Notes under the pieces: generated by a model | What the model saw: the letters and a program-made list of their open reading frames with translations, nothing else | Database searches by the model: none | What the model was told of the DNA's origin: nothing | Position numbers and translations under genes: made by a program | Shown: piece by piece, positions 1 to 12,300 of the stretch | Layout: each line of letters starts with the position of its first letter | Numbering within the stretch: position 1 is the first letter of the stretch | Source: Mizuhopecten yessoensis | Taxonomy: Eukaryota | Length of the DNA stretch: 64,000 bases | Direction of reading: 5' to 3' | Assembly (NCBI RefSeq): GCF_002113885.1 | Contig: NW_018408864.1 | Coordinates: forward strand, 1,095,718-1,159,717

Positions 1-370
1 CCGTATATCATATTCAAAGTTAAAGCTTGCTCCAATGTTCGTCTTGGTTTAAAGGAAGACGAATCTGTTGATGGCAAGTTGTGGGAGATAGCATTTGATG
101 TCGAACGAAATGACGAAAAGGAAATTCAGATTCGAAGGTTTATGGACGGAGTTCGAAAAGATAGCAAGATAATCACTGTACTTGACTGTAACAGTTTTCA
201 GAGGTTTTTGGTGAGCTGGCGGAACAACCATATACAAGTGTTCCACGAGAACTCGGGTGAATGGGTATCTATCATAGATTGGGTTGATGATAAAGGAGGA
301 AGGGATGTCGCCTATATCGGAGTGTATGGCGATGAAGCTGACTGGATTTTCTATGACGACTATGAAATAG
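1..370 (+). CDS. Exon encoding a farnesoic acid O-methyltransferase-like (Methyltransf_FA) domain, open from base 1
   Basis: Frame 1: [17 protein letters not shown]...LWEIAF...IRR...[21 protein letters not shown]...IIDWVDD...VAYIGV...DWIF matches the FKVKAC / EI / L.C..F..FW.SW / W.D / Y.G / W.F pattern as I recall it for the family. Donor G|GTAAGG at 371. Confidence 0.7.
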
Positions 371-3300
371 GTAAGGTATCCAATGTTGATTATACTGAGT
401 CAAGAATACTTCGATTATTTTCTATTTATTCAGTTTTTGCTCATTTAAATTGTGTCGGCTTCTTTGCCATTTTCGTGTATTTTGTAGGAATAGACATACC
501 AGCTGGTGGCAGTACGTCTGAAACAATGGCGGGACTCAATGACTTGGAAGGGAACTTATCAGAATTAGAAATCGAGGAGAACAGGGCTAACATTGCCATT
601 TATGCTCTAAAATTCCTTTTGGACAAGTAAGCAATCATCCCATTTGATTATTACATAACAGAAGCGGCCTTGTCGTGTGTAATGAAATACTGACATAAAT
701 CATTAGATAATTATACGCTGTGATTTCATATAGCTACGCTATCAGTGCAATGTTTCAAAGAGTCTTTCAAAGAAAACTTAAGATTAAATTGTCTGTTTTT
801 CCTTTCTTAAGTTCCAACCTTGTAACCTGATAAATAAGTTTCATGGAATACATAATATCGAATATTAAATATTGTATTGTACTCATTTTCCACTGGCCTG
901 GTGTCACTTTCGGTGGTTTGGTGTCATTTCCGGTTATGTGGGAATTCACGCTGTCTCTTCTGTGTTGGCTTCTCAGTTTCATTTTTCTTTTCACCAAACT
1001 GTTTTCTAACAATGTTGACGTTGCATTTATTTAGCTATTAATTGTCATTACGATGATGTTACGCGTAAAGTAACAATATAATTCCCTGTTACTCAATATT
1101 TCTAAATGCTTTTTCAATCCGAAATACTGTTCTTTGCCAGGACTTAAATATTCGTGCTATTGTTGTACGGACTTTCAACATATCACCTGACCCAGGTCAC
1201 CGATTTATGATCATTGACTAGATTTTTTCAAACCCCTAAGCGGCGCGAAGCGCCTCTGGGTTTGATCTGTAAACACTTTCTCCACGTCCGGTGGTTCCCA
1301 ATGCGGAAAAGCCTTCTGGTAAATTGTGGCCGAAAATATATTAGTAAACCCCTAAAATATCTGTACTTATCATATTTTACCAGTGATATATCAGTCATTT
1401 TCCGTTTGATAAAATCTGTTATCTTCACTTCAGTCAAGATATACGAAATGTTATATCTTCACAGATAAAGATATCATTCACATTATTGTCCAATCAGAAA
1501 GGTAATTACTCTTCATTTGTAAAGATTTTTAGTTTCAAGTTCACATGAAGCGACGGCGAAATAAGTGGCTGTTTTGTTCTACTTTTGCTTACATAACTAC
1601 ATGATTGATATCAATTTTGTTTGAAAAATCTTACCAAATAATAGCAGCAACGGCAAACATTGCATTTAGAACCCCTTTTCAAATGGCGCTCTGCATTGTT
1701 GTCAAGCGTGACGTCATTAAAACCTGACGTCAAACATTACACTTCAAATTCCCGCACTTTTCTGATGTAGCAACATTTGCTTCGCGTTCCTCTAAAAATT
1801 GTATTAAAAAGAAAATTTAATGATTTTCCCGTTGAACACTAGATATGTATTTCACATGTTTAAAACAAATATGTAGTTACAATCGGAAAACTAGCGTTAT
1901 GGCGGAGTGTGTTTTCGTTGAAGACTAGAGAGGTAACAACTTCCTCGACAAGTATCCTCAACCAGATATTAACATTTTATGTAAAATCCAATTTAAAAGG
2001 GGCTATATTTAACACTTTGACCCAGAAGACAGTTGATAATTTATTTAAAAGTGTATTATCAAATAAAATCTTAGTGAAAAAAACGGCAAATATAAATGAT
2101 ATTTTTCGTACATCATCGTTCTGTATCTTCTCTCTGATGAGGTGACATTGTTACCAAAGTGTTGACATTTAAACATGCATTAAAACAAAGTTCCCGCCTT
2201 GGGAAAATGATTGAATGACAATGCAGCATGTGAGGATAATGAGAGTGAAAGGAATATTAGGTACGTTAAAAGTAATGCCATTAATGTTCGAATAATACAT
2301 TCAAGTGTGCAGGGTCTGTCCTTCGTAGTTTTTGGACTGTCCGTAAGTGATTTTTCGTCTAAATATCTGGTGTCCAGCAGCTTTGCTGCATTTTCTTGTT
2401 AATTTGTTTTTGGTTATTTATTTGACCATTCAATTTTAGTGATGAATTTTGGAATGGCACCGTACTTTCAATAAAAAGCTAATTTTCAATATTTCAGGGG
2501 ACCATTCCAATCTCTCGCAGAACTCAAGCAGATCCCAGGGTTTTCAGACGCTTTCAAAACAGGACAAACGAACCATGATTCAAAGGCTTGCAAGGAAGAA
2601 AATATAAAATGCACTAATACAATTAAGAAGTCGCAATTCAGGACCATAGACGGAACGTGTAACAACCTGAATAATCCAGGTTGGGGGTCCACTGGTAGTG
2701 CCCAACGCAGACTTATCGCAGCCGCTTACGAGGATGGTACGTACGAGCGCATACAAATACGGGCACATCTGAGATTATTTTGCTGTGTATTGATTCTATA
2801 ACGCTATATTACGTGTAGCCTCCTGTGAAATCTGAGATCCTACATTTGGAAACAATGATTATTTCAGTTGATCTGCTCCCAAAATTACAACACTTGCGGC
2901 CTCTTTTCTATTTTTTATCTCTTGCCTACTCTTTTATTTTCGATGGTATTACTGTAGGTGGATGTTCGGTTATTCCGACTGTTATGTTACAAAACATTAC
3001 AAAAACATGTGTGTCATTTCAGAAATGAAATTGGAATTGAAAAACTGACTCACTATATAAAAAATAAATAAATAAAAATAAACTCCATTATATTAATTGA
3101 TATAAACTATACATCATCAAGTAATGCTCTTTATTAAACTTGTTTTCCTTCCTTCAATTTTCGTTAAATCTGAAAGTGTCGTTTTCAAACATCTTTTTTT
3201 TGTGCATTAAAATATTGTCTTTTCTCTTTCCTCAGTCGTAGCTATACTGTTTCTGTGTGCTAAGCAGTACCTTTAATTCAGTACTATTTTCTATCCATAC

Positions 3301-6300
3301 CCTGCTTCGACCGAAGTTGAGGGTGAATAGTATCCGAATCGCTCTTGCGCATGTCCTAGCCTACTGATTGTGGTTTCCGGAGTATAAACGTGTATCTCGG
3401 CCACGTTCTCAAGATTGGGCATGAAGCTTTGTATGACGGAGCGTCGAATCCTATTTAACGATAACAATGTCACCTCGAATTCACCTTTGACCTCGACTAC
3501 TAAAACAATGGCTTTTGCAGAATATATCGGCTGCTGTTTCGTGACCTGGCATACAATTCCACATGTAGGGTACATCATGGGGAGGCGGTATGTCGTATCC
3601 TAAAACAAAATTACTGCGACCTTAAGTTGACCTTTGACCTTGAACTAAACTACATTGTGTATTGAAACTAACTTCCAAATTACAGCATAATAAAGATTTG
3701 CACAACATATCTCCTCCTCTGTTTCATGAGTGGCCTTCAAAGCTTTTAGAAAAGCGAGGATCGAGGGGTATCCAGGAAGCCCTAACTTGGAGTTATATCT
3801 AGTTTTGTATTAAATTCATGAATGTTCGTAATGAATTGCTGATTCATTTATAATTTTCGCTCATCAAGTATTAATTGTTTGAATGGGTTGAAGTGATCGA
3901 TACATGTAACAATAGACTTTCAAGTCCAAGACAAGTGTCGATTATTTTATTCAGCTATTTGTAGACTCTACTTATATTTCTTTTGTAGATAACTATGAAA
4001 AACCTGTATTTGAATACATATATTTCCTATTCGTGACCTCGTGTAACAAAATCTAAGTGGAAAACTAGAAAATAATCATTCACAAAGTATACTATATATG
4101 TATGTCTCCTTTCAGGAGTCAATGAACCGAACAATGTTGGTGTGAATAACATCGCACTGCCGAGTCCACGAAAAGTGTCAAATGTTGCAATGAGGGACGA
4201 AACTGATGAGGAGACACCCAACGACCCGACGAGGACAATTATGATGGCCATCTTTGGTCAATTTATTGACCACGACATCACCGAGACACCGCAGTCTAAA
4301 AGTACTATATAATGCTATCTGTGATACGTTGTGTAACAACACTATCTAAAGCTAGCTTCATTGAGGCACTGTCCCCTCCCGTTAGTTCACTGTCCCCTCC
4401 CGTAAGTTCACTGTCCCCTCCAGTTAGTTCACTGTCCCCTCCCGTAAGTTCACTGTCCCCTCCAGTTAGTTCACTGTCCCTTCCCCGTTAGTTTACTGTC
4501 CCCTCCCGTTATTTCCCTGTCCCCTCCCGTTAGTTTACTGTCCCCTCCCGTTAGTTCACTGCCATCTCCCGTTAGTTTACTGTCCCCTCCCGTTATTTCA
4601 CTGTCCCCTCCCGTTAGTTCACTGTCCCCTCCAGTTAGTTCACTGTCCCCTCCAGTTAGTTTACTGTCCCGTCCCGTTAGTTCACTGTCCCCCCCCGTTA
4701 GTTCACTGTCCCCTCCAGTTAGTTCACTGTCCCCTTCAGTTAGTTTACTGTCCCTTCCCGTTAGTGCACTGTCCCCTCCCGTTAGTTCACTGTCCCTTCC
4801 CGTTAGTTTACTGTCCCCTCCAGTTAGTTCACTGTCCCTTCCCGTTAGTTTACTGTCCCTTCCCGTTAGTTTACTGTCCCTTCCCGTTAGTTTACTGTCC
4901 CTTCCCGTTAGTTCACTGCCCCCTCCCGTTAGTTTACTGTCCCTTCCCGGTAGTTTACTGTCCCCTCCCGTTAGTTTACTGTCCCCTCCCGTTAATTTAC
5001 TATCCCTTCCCGTTAGTTCACTGTCCCCTCCCGTTAGTTTACTGTCCCTTCCCGTTAGTTTACTGTCCCCTCCAGTTAGTTCACTGCGATCTCCCGTAAG
5101 TTCACCGTTAATTTACTGTTCCTTTCCGTGAGTTCACTTTCCCCTCCCGTTAGTTCACTATCCCCTCCCGTTAGTTTACTGTCCCTTCCTGTTAGTTTAC
5201 TGTCCCCTCCCGTTAGTTCGCTGTCCCCTCCCGTTAGTTCACTGTCCCCTCCAGTTAGTTCACTGCCATCTCCCGTAAGTTCACCGTTAATTTACTGTTC
5301 CTTTCCGTTAGTTCACTGTCCCCTCCCGTTAGTTCACTGCCGTCTCCCGTAAGTTCACTGTCCTCTCCCGTTAGTTCACTGCCTCCTCCCGTTATTTCAC
5401 TGTCCCCTCCCGTTAGTGCACTGTCCCTTCCCGTTAGTTTACCGTTCCCTTCCCGTGAGTTCACTGTCCCCCCCCCTGTTAGTTCACTGTCCCCTCCCGT
5501 TAGTTCTCTTTCCCCTCCCGTTAGTTCACTGTCCCCTCCCGTTAGTTTACTGCCCCCTCCCGTTAGTTTACTGCCATCTCCCGTTAGTTTACTGTCTCCT
5601 CCCGTTAGTCCACTGTCCCCTCCCGTTAGGTTACTGTCCCCTCCCGTTTGTTTTCTGTCCCCTCCCGTTAGTTCAATGTCCCCTCCCGTTAGTTCCCTGC
5701 CCCCTCCAGTTAGTTCACTGCCGTCTCCCGTAAGTTCACTGCCCCCTCCCGTTTGATTACTGTCCCCTCCCGTTAGAACATTGTCCCTTCCCGTTAGTTC
5801 ACTGTACCCTCCCGTTAGATTACTGTCCCCTCCCGTTAATTCACTGTCCCTTCCCGTTCGTTTACCGTTCCCTTCCCGTTAGTTCACCGTCCCCTCCCGT
5901 TAGTTTACTGACCCCTCCCGTTAGTTCACTGGCCCCTCCCGTTAGGTTACTGTCCCCTCCCGTTTGTTTACTATTCCTTTCCGTTAGTTTACTGTCCCTT
6001 CCCGTTAGTTCTCTGTCCCCTCCCGTTAGGTCACTGCCCTCTCCCGTAAGTTCACTGTCCTCTCCCGTTACTTCACTGCCTCCTCCCGTTATTTCACTGA
6101 CCCCTCCCGTTAGTTTACTGATCCTTCCCGTTAGTTCACTGCCCTCTCCCGTTAGTTCACTGCCCCCCCCCGTTAGTTTACTGTCCCTTAGTGCACTGTC
6201 CCTTCCCGTTAGTTCTCTGTCCCCTCCCGTTAGTTCGCTGTCCCCTCCCGTTAGTTTACTGTCCCGTCCCGTTAGTTCACTGTCCTCTCCCGTTAGTTCA

Positions 6301-9300
6301 CTGCCCCCCCCCGTTAGTTTACTGTCCCTCCCCTTAGTTCACTGTCCCCTCCAGATAGTTAACTGTCCCCTCCCGTTAGAACATTGTCCCTTCCCGTTAG
6401 TTCTCTGTCCTCTCCCGTTATTTCACTGCCCCCTCCCGTTAGTTTACTGCCATCTCCCGTAAGGGCACTGTCCCCTCCCGTTAGCTCCCGTTAGATTACT
6501 GTCCCTCCCCGTTAGTTCACTGCCATCTCCCGTAACTTCACTGTCCTCTCCCGTTACTTCACTGCCTCCTCCCGTTATTTCACTGACCCCTCCCGTTAGT
6601 TTACTGATCCTTCCCGTTAGTTCACTGCCCTCTCCCGTTAGTTCACTTCCTCCTCCCGTTATTTCACTGACCCCTCCCGTTAGTTTACTCCCGTTAGTTT
6701 ACTGTTCCTTTCCGTTAGCTCACTGTCCCCTCCCGTTAGAACATTGTCCCTTCCCGTTAGTTCTCTGTCCCCTCCCGTTAGTTCAATGTCCCCTCCCGTT
6801 AGTTCCCTGCCATCTCCCGTAAGGTCACTGGCCCCTCCCGTTAGTTCTCTGTCCCCTCCCGTTAGGTCACTGTTCCCTCCCGTTAGATCACTGTCCCTTC
6901 CCGTTAGTGCACTGTCCCTTCCCCTTAGTTTACTGTCCCCTCCAGTTGGTTCACTGTCCCCTCCCGTAAGTCCACTGGGCCCTCCCGTTAGTTCACTGGC
7001 ATCTCCCGTTAGTTTACTGTCCCGTCCCGTTAGTTCACTGCCACCTCCCGTAAGGTCACTGTCCCATCCCGTTAGTTCACTGTCCCTTCACGTTAGTTCA
7101 CTGTCCACTCCCGTTAGTTCACTGCCATCTACCGTAAGGTCACTGTCCCCTCCCATTAGCTCACTGTCCCCTCCCGTTAGTCCACTGCCATCTCCCGTAA
7201 GTTCACTGTCCCCTCCCGCTCGTTTACTGTTCCTTTCCGTTAGTTTACTGTCCCCCGTAAGTTCACTGTCCCCTCCCGATAGTTCAATGTCCCCTCCCGT
7301 TAGTTTCCTGTCCCTTCCCGTTATTTCACTGTCCCGTCCCGTTAGTTTACTGTCCCTCCCCGTTAGTTCACTGTCCCTCCCGTTAGTTGACTGTCCCCTC
7401 CCGTTAGTTTACTGACCCCTCCCGTTAGTTTACTGACCCCTCCCGTTAGTTTACTGACCCCTCCCGTTAGTTTACTTTCCCCTCCCGTTAGTTTCCTCTC
7501 CCCTCCCGTTAGTTTTCTGTCCCCTCCCGTTTGTTTTCTGTCCCCTCCCGTTTGTTTACTATTCCTTTCCGTTAGTTTACTTTCCCCTCCCGTTAGTTTA
7601 CTGATCCTTCCCGTTAGTTCACTGTCTCCTCCCGTTAGTCCACTGTCCCCTCCCGTTAGAACATTGTCCCTTCCCGTTAGTTCTCTGTCCCCTCCCGTTA
7701 GGTTACTGTCCCCTCCCGTTTGTTTTCTGTCCCCTCCCGTTTGTTTACTATTCCTTTCCGCTATTTTACTGTCCCCTCCCGTTCGTTCACTGCCATCTCC
7801 CGTAACTTCACTGTCCTCTCCCGTTAGTTCACTGCCCCCCCCCGTTAGTTTACTGTCCCTTAGTGCACTGTCCCTTCCCGTTTGTTTACCGTTCCCTTCC
7901 CGTTAGTTCACCGTCCCCTCCCGTTAGTTCAATGTCCCCTCCCGTTAGTTCCCTGCCATCTCCCGTAAGGTCACTGCCCCCTCCCGTTATTTCACTGTCC
8001 CCTCCCGTTTGGTCACTGTCCCCTCCCCTTAATTTACTGTCCCCTCCCGTTAGCTTACTGTCCCCTCCCGTTAGAACATTGTCCCTTCCCGTTAGTTCTC
8101 TGTCCTCTCCCGTTAGTTCACTGGCCCTTTCCGTTAGTTCACTGTCACTGTCCCCTCCCGTTAGGTTACTGTCCCCTCCCGTTTGATTACTGTCCCCTCC
8201 CGTTAGCTCCCGTTAGATTACTGTCCCTCCCCGTTAGTTCACTGCCATCCCCCGTAAGGTCACTGTCCCATCCCGTTAGTTTACTGTTCCTTTCCGTTAG
8301 TTTACTTTCCCCTCCCGTTAGTTCTCTTTCCCGTCCCGTTAGTTCACTGCCATCTCCCGTAAGGTCACTGGCCCCTCCCGTTAGGTTACTGTCCCTTCCC
8401 GTTAGTTTACCGCTCCCTTCCCGTGAGTTCACTGTCCCCCCCCAGTTCACTGTCCCCTCCCGCTTGATTACTGTCCCTTCCCGCTAGTTCACTGTCCCCT
8501 CCCCCGTTTGTTTACTGTTCCTTTCCGTTAGCTCACTGTCCCCTCCAGTTAGTTTACTGATCCTTTCCGTCAGTTCACTGTCCCCTCCCGTTAGTTCACT
8601 GCCATCTCCCGTAAGGTCACTGTCCCCTCCCGTTAGTTCACTGTCCCCTCCCGTTAGTTCACTGCCATCTCCCGTAAGTTCACTGTCCCCTCCCGTTAGT
8701 TCACTGCCATCCCCCGTAAGGTCACTGTCCCCTCCCGTTAGTTAACTGTCCCCTCCCGTTAGTTTAATGTCCCCTCCCGTTAGTTCACTATCCCCTCCAG
8801 CTAGTTCACTGTCCCCTCCCGTTAGTTCACTGCCATCCCCCGTAAGGTCACTGTCCCCTCCCGTTAGTTTACTGTCCCTTCCCGTTAATTCACTGTCCCC
8901 TCCCGTTAGTTCACTGTCCCTCCCGTTAGTTCACTGGCCCCCCCCGTTAGTTCACTGTCCCCTCCCGTTAGTTAACTGTCCCCTCCCGTTAGTTTAATGT
9001 CCCCTCCCGTTAGTTCACTATCCCCTCCAGTTAGTTCACTGTCCCCTCCCGTTAGTTCACTGCCATCCCCCGTAAGGTCACTGTCCCCTCCCGTTAGTTT
9101 ACTGTCCCTTCCCGTTAATTCACTGTCCCCTCCCGTTAGTTCACTGTCCTCTCCCGTTAGTTTACTGTCTCCTCCCGTTAGGTCACTGTCCCCGCCCGAT
9201 AGGCCACTGTCCCCTTTCGTTAGTTCACTGCCCCCTCTCGTTAGTTCACTGTCCACTCCCGTTAGTTTACTGTCTCCTCCCGTTAGTTCACTCTCCCCTC

Positions 9301-12300
9301 CCGTTAGGTCACTGTCCCCTTTCGTTAGTTCACTGCCCCCTCTCGTTAGTTCACTGTCCACTCCACTGTCCCCTCCCGCTAGTTCACTGTCCCCTCCCGT
9401 TAGTTTACTGATCCTTTCCTTCAGTTCACTGTCCCCTCCCGTTAGTTCACTGCCACCTCCCGTAAGGTCACTGTCCCCTCCCGTTAGTTCACTGTCTCCT
9501 CCCGTTAGTTCACTATCCCCTCCCGTTAGGTTACTGTCCCCTCCCGTTAGTTCACTGTCCCTCCCGTTAGTTCACTGGCCCCCCCCGTTAGTTCACTGTC
9601 CCCTCCCGTTAGATTACTGTACCTTCCCGTTAGTTCACTGTCCCCTCCCGTTAGTTTACTGATCCTTTCCTTCAGTTCACTGTCCCCTCCCGTTAGTTCA
9701 CTGCCATCACCCGTAAGTTCACTGTCCCCTCCCGTTAGTTTACTGTCTCCTCCCGTTAGTTTACTGTCCCCTCCCGTTAGTTCACTGCCCCCTCCCGTTA
9801 GTTCACTGTCCCCTCCCGTTTGATTACTGTCCCCTCCCGTTAGTTTACTGTCCCTCCCATTAGTTCACTGTCCCCTCCCGTTAGTTTACTGTCCATCCCA
9901 TTAGTTCACTGTCCCCTCCCGTTAGTTTACTGTCTCCTCCCGTTAGTTCACTGTCTCCTCCCGTTAGGTCACTGTCCCCTTTCGTTAGTTCACTGCCCCC
10001 TCTCGTTAGTTCACTGTCCACTCCCGTTAGTTTACTGTCTCCTCCCGTTAGTTCACTGTCCCCTCCCGTTAGTTCACTGTCCCTCCCGTTAGTTCCCTGT
10101 CCCCTCCCGTTAGTTCGCTGTCCCCTCCCATTAGTTCCCTGTCCACTCCCGTTAGTTTACTTTCTCCTCCCGTTAGTTCCCTGTCCCCTCCCCTTAGTTC
10201 ACTGTCCCCTTCCGTTAGTTTACTGTCCCTCCCATTAGTTCACTGTCCCCCCCCCTGTTAGTTCACTGTCCCCCCCCCCCCCGTTAGTTTACTGTCGCCT
10301 CCCGTTAGTTCACTATCCCCTCCAGTTAGTTCGTTAGTTCACTGTCCCTCCCGTTAGTTCACTTTCCCCACTCGTTAGTTCACTGCCCCCTCCCGGTAGT
10401 TTACTGTCTCCTCCCGTAAGTTCACTGTCCCTCCCGTTAGTTCACTTTCCCCACTCGATAGTTCACTGCCCCCTCCCGGTAGTTTACTGTCCCCTCCAGT
10501 TAGTTCACTGCCCCCCCCCGTTAGTTTACTGTCCCCTCCCGTTAGTTCACTGTCCCCTCCCATTAGTTCACTGTCCACTCTCGTTAGTTCACTGCCTCCT
10601 CCCGTTAGTTTACTGTCCCCTCCCGTTAGTTCACTGTCTCCTCCCGTTAGTTCACTGTCCCCTCCCGTTAGTTTACTGTCCCCTCCCATTAGTTCACTGT
10701 CCCCTCCCGTTAGTTCACTGTCCCCTTCCGTTAGTTTACTGTCCCCGCCCGTTAGTTTACTGTCCCCTCCCGTTAGTTCACTGTCCCCTTCCGTTAGTTT
10801 ACTGTCCCCGCCCGTTAGTTTACTGTCCCCTCCCGTTAGTTCACTGTCCCCTCCCATTAGTTCACTGTCCACTCCCGTTAGTTCACTGTCCCCTCCCGTT
10901 AGTTTAATGTCCCCTCCCGTTAGTTCACTATCCCCTCCAGTTAGTTCACTGTCCCCTCCCGTTAGGTCACTGTCCCCTTTCGTTAGTTCACTGCCCCCTC
11001 TCGTTAGTTCACTGTCCACTCCCGTTAGTTTACTGTCTCCTCCCGTTAGTTTACTGTCCCCTCCCGTTAGTTCACTGTCTCCTCCCGTTAGTTCACTGTC
11101 CCCTCCCGTTAGTTTACTGTCCCTTCCCGTTAGTTCACTGTCCCTCCCGTTAGTTCACTGTCCCCTCCCGTTAGTTCACTGTCCCTTCCCGTTAGTTCAC
11201 TGTCCCCTTCCGTTAATTACATCATTTTTACTTTAATTCGTACATAAATGTCATTATTTATGAAATAATCAACGTATGTGCGTATATTATGGTGGAATAT
11301 ATATATAACGATGGTGAGAAATATTGGAGAAAATTATTTTAAACAGTTGATTATTTTTCCAACATTTTCGAATCCCGAATTATATATTGCACCTCAATAT
11401 ACAAACAGATGTTGTTTATATCCATTGTAACAATTTAAAGGGAACATGTCTTGTCTACCTCAGTGTCTGTACACCTACCATATGCAAGGTGTCCTAGATA
11501 ATCTTATTATTCAAATAGGCTATTCTTTTGCGCGCGCTAACATTTGTCACGTGATGTCAATATGTCTCCATTTAACAACACGGTGAGCGTTTTTTTTTTA
11601 TCATTTGTGAACATGTGGGTAGTTGTCCTATTTTGTCTATTTATTCTGGATGTATTTGGGAACGATTTTTCATTTTCACAAACGATCAATAATAAACACT
11701 GACGTCATGCGTTATGCCAGATGTTTATTTCAATCAATCATATCCACTAATCAATTGACATCGGTCATCAACACATGAAATCAGCATTTGACAGATTTAC
11801 AAACTCCATTTCAAGTCATCATCGCGGTCAGTTCACCGGATAACTCTGGTCATGAGCTTGAAAGGTGTGAAATAAATCTAGAGGCTAGGCTAAATATATC
11901 ATTTTTGACCGCTACCAAATCTTTATATACACACAAAATTAAATGCGGGTACCATCATTCGATAAATGAAACCAGTCCCACCACTCGTTTGTTTACCGGT
12001 ACATTTAATTGCAGGGGCAGTTTTTGGAAGAGCGTTGGTCTGTTGGAAAATAATACATGTTTGCGCATGGTCTATCGTCCATGGTTATTAACCAATGAAA
12101 AGTGGCTTTAAACATGTGGTAGAGTTCTCGATAACATATCCACTCTTATGTCGTACGACATGTTCTTAACCATGGTGTCGTTATATAACGGTCATGGATG
12201 AATGCTAGGAGTGATGACGTAGTGTTGTATACCTATTCTAATTACAGTTATACGATCGAATGTATGATATGGGGAATGCCGCCTTAGAATCCAATTTTCA

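Noticed and set aside
79-630. 183-aa ORF as a stand-alone gene
   Set aside because: Its listed start is TTG, the frame is open from base 1, and it contains a canonical intron and ends at a donor; better explained as two exons.
2190-2260. Possible extra peroxidase exon ending at AG|GTACGT (2261)
   Set aside because: In-frame stop just upstream and no phase-compatible acceptor. It could be a non-coding alternative first exon, but this is unsupported.
4764-11236. Many Pro/Ser/Leu-rich or LTGGDSE-repeat ORFs up to 223 aa
   Set aside because: Translations of the 21-bp array, open on both strands and in several frames, inside a peroxidase intron.
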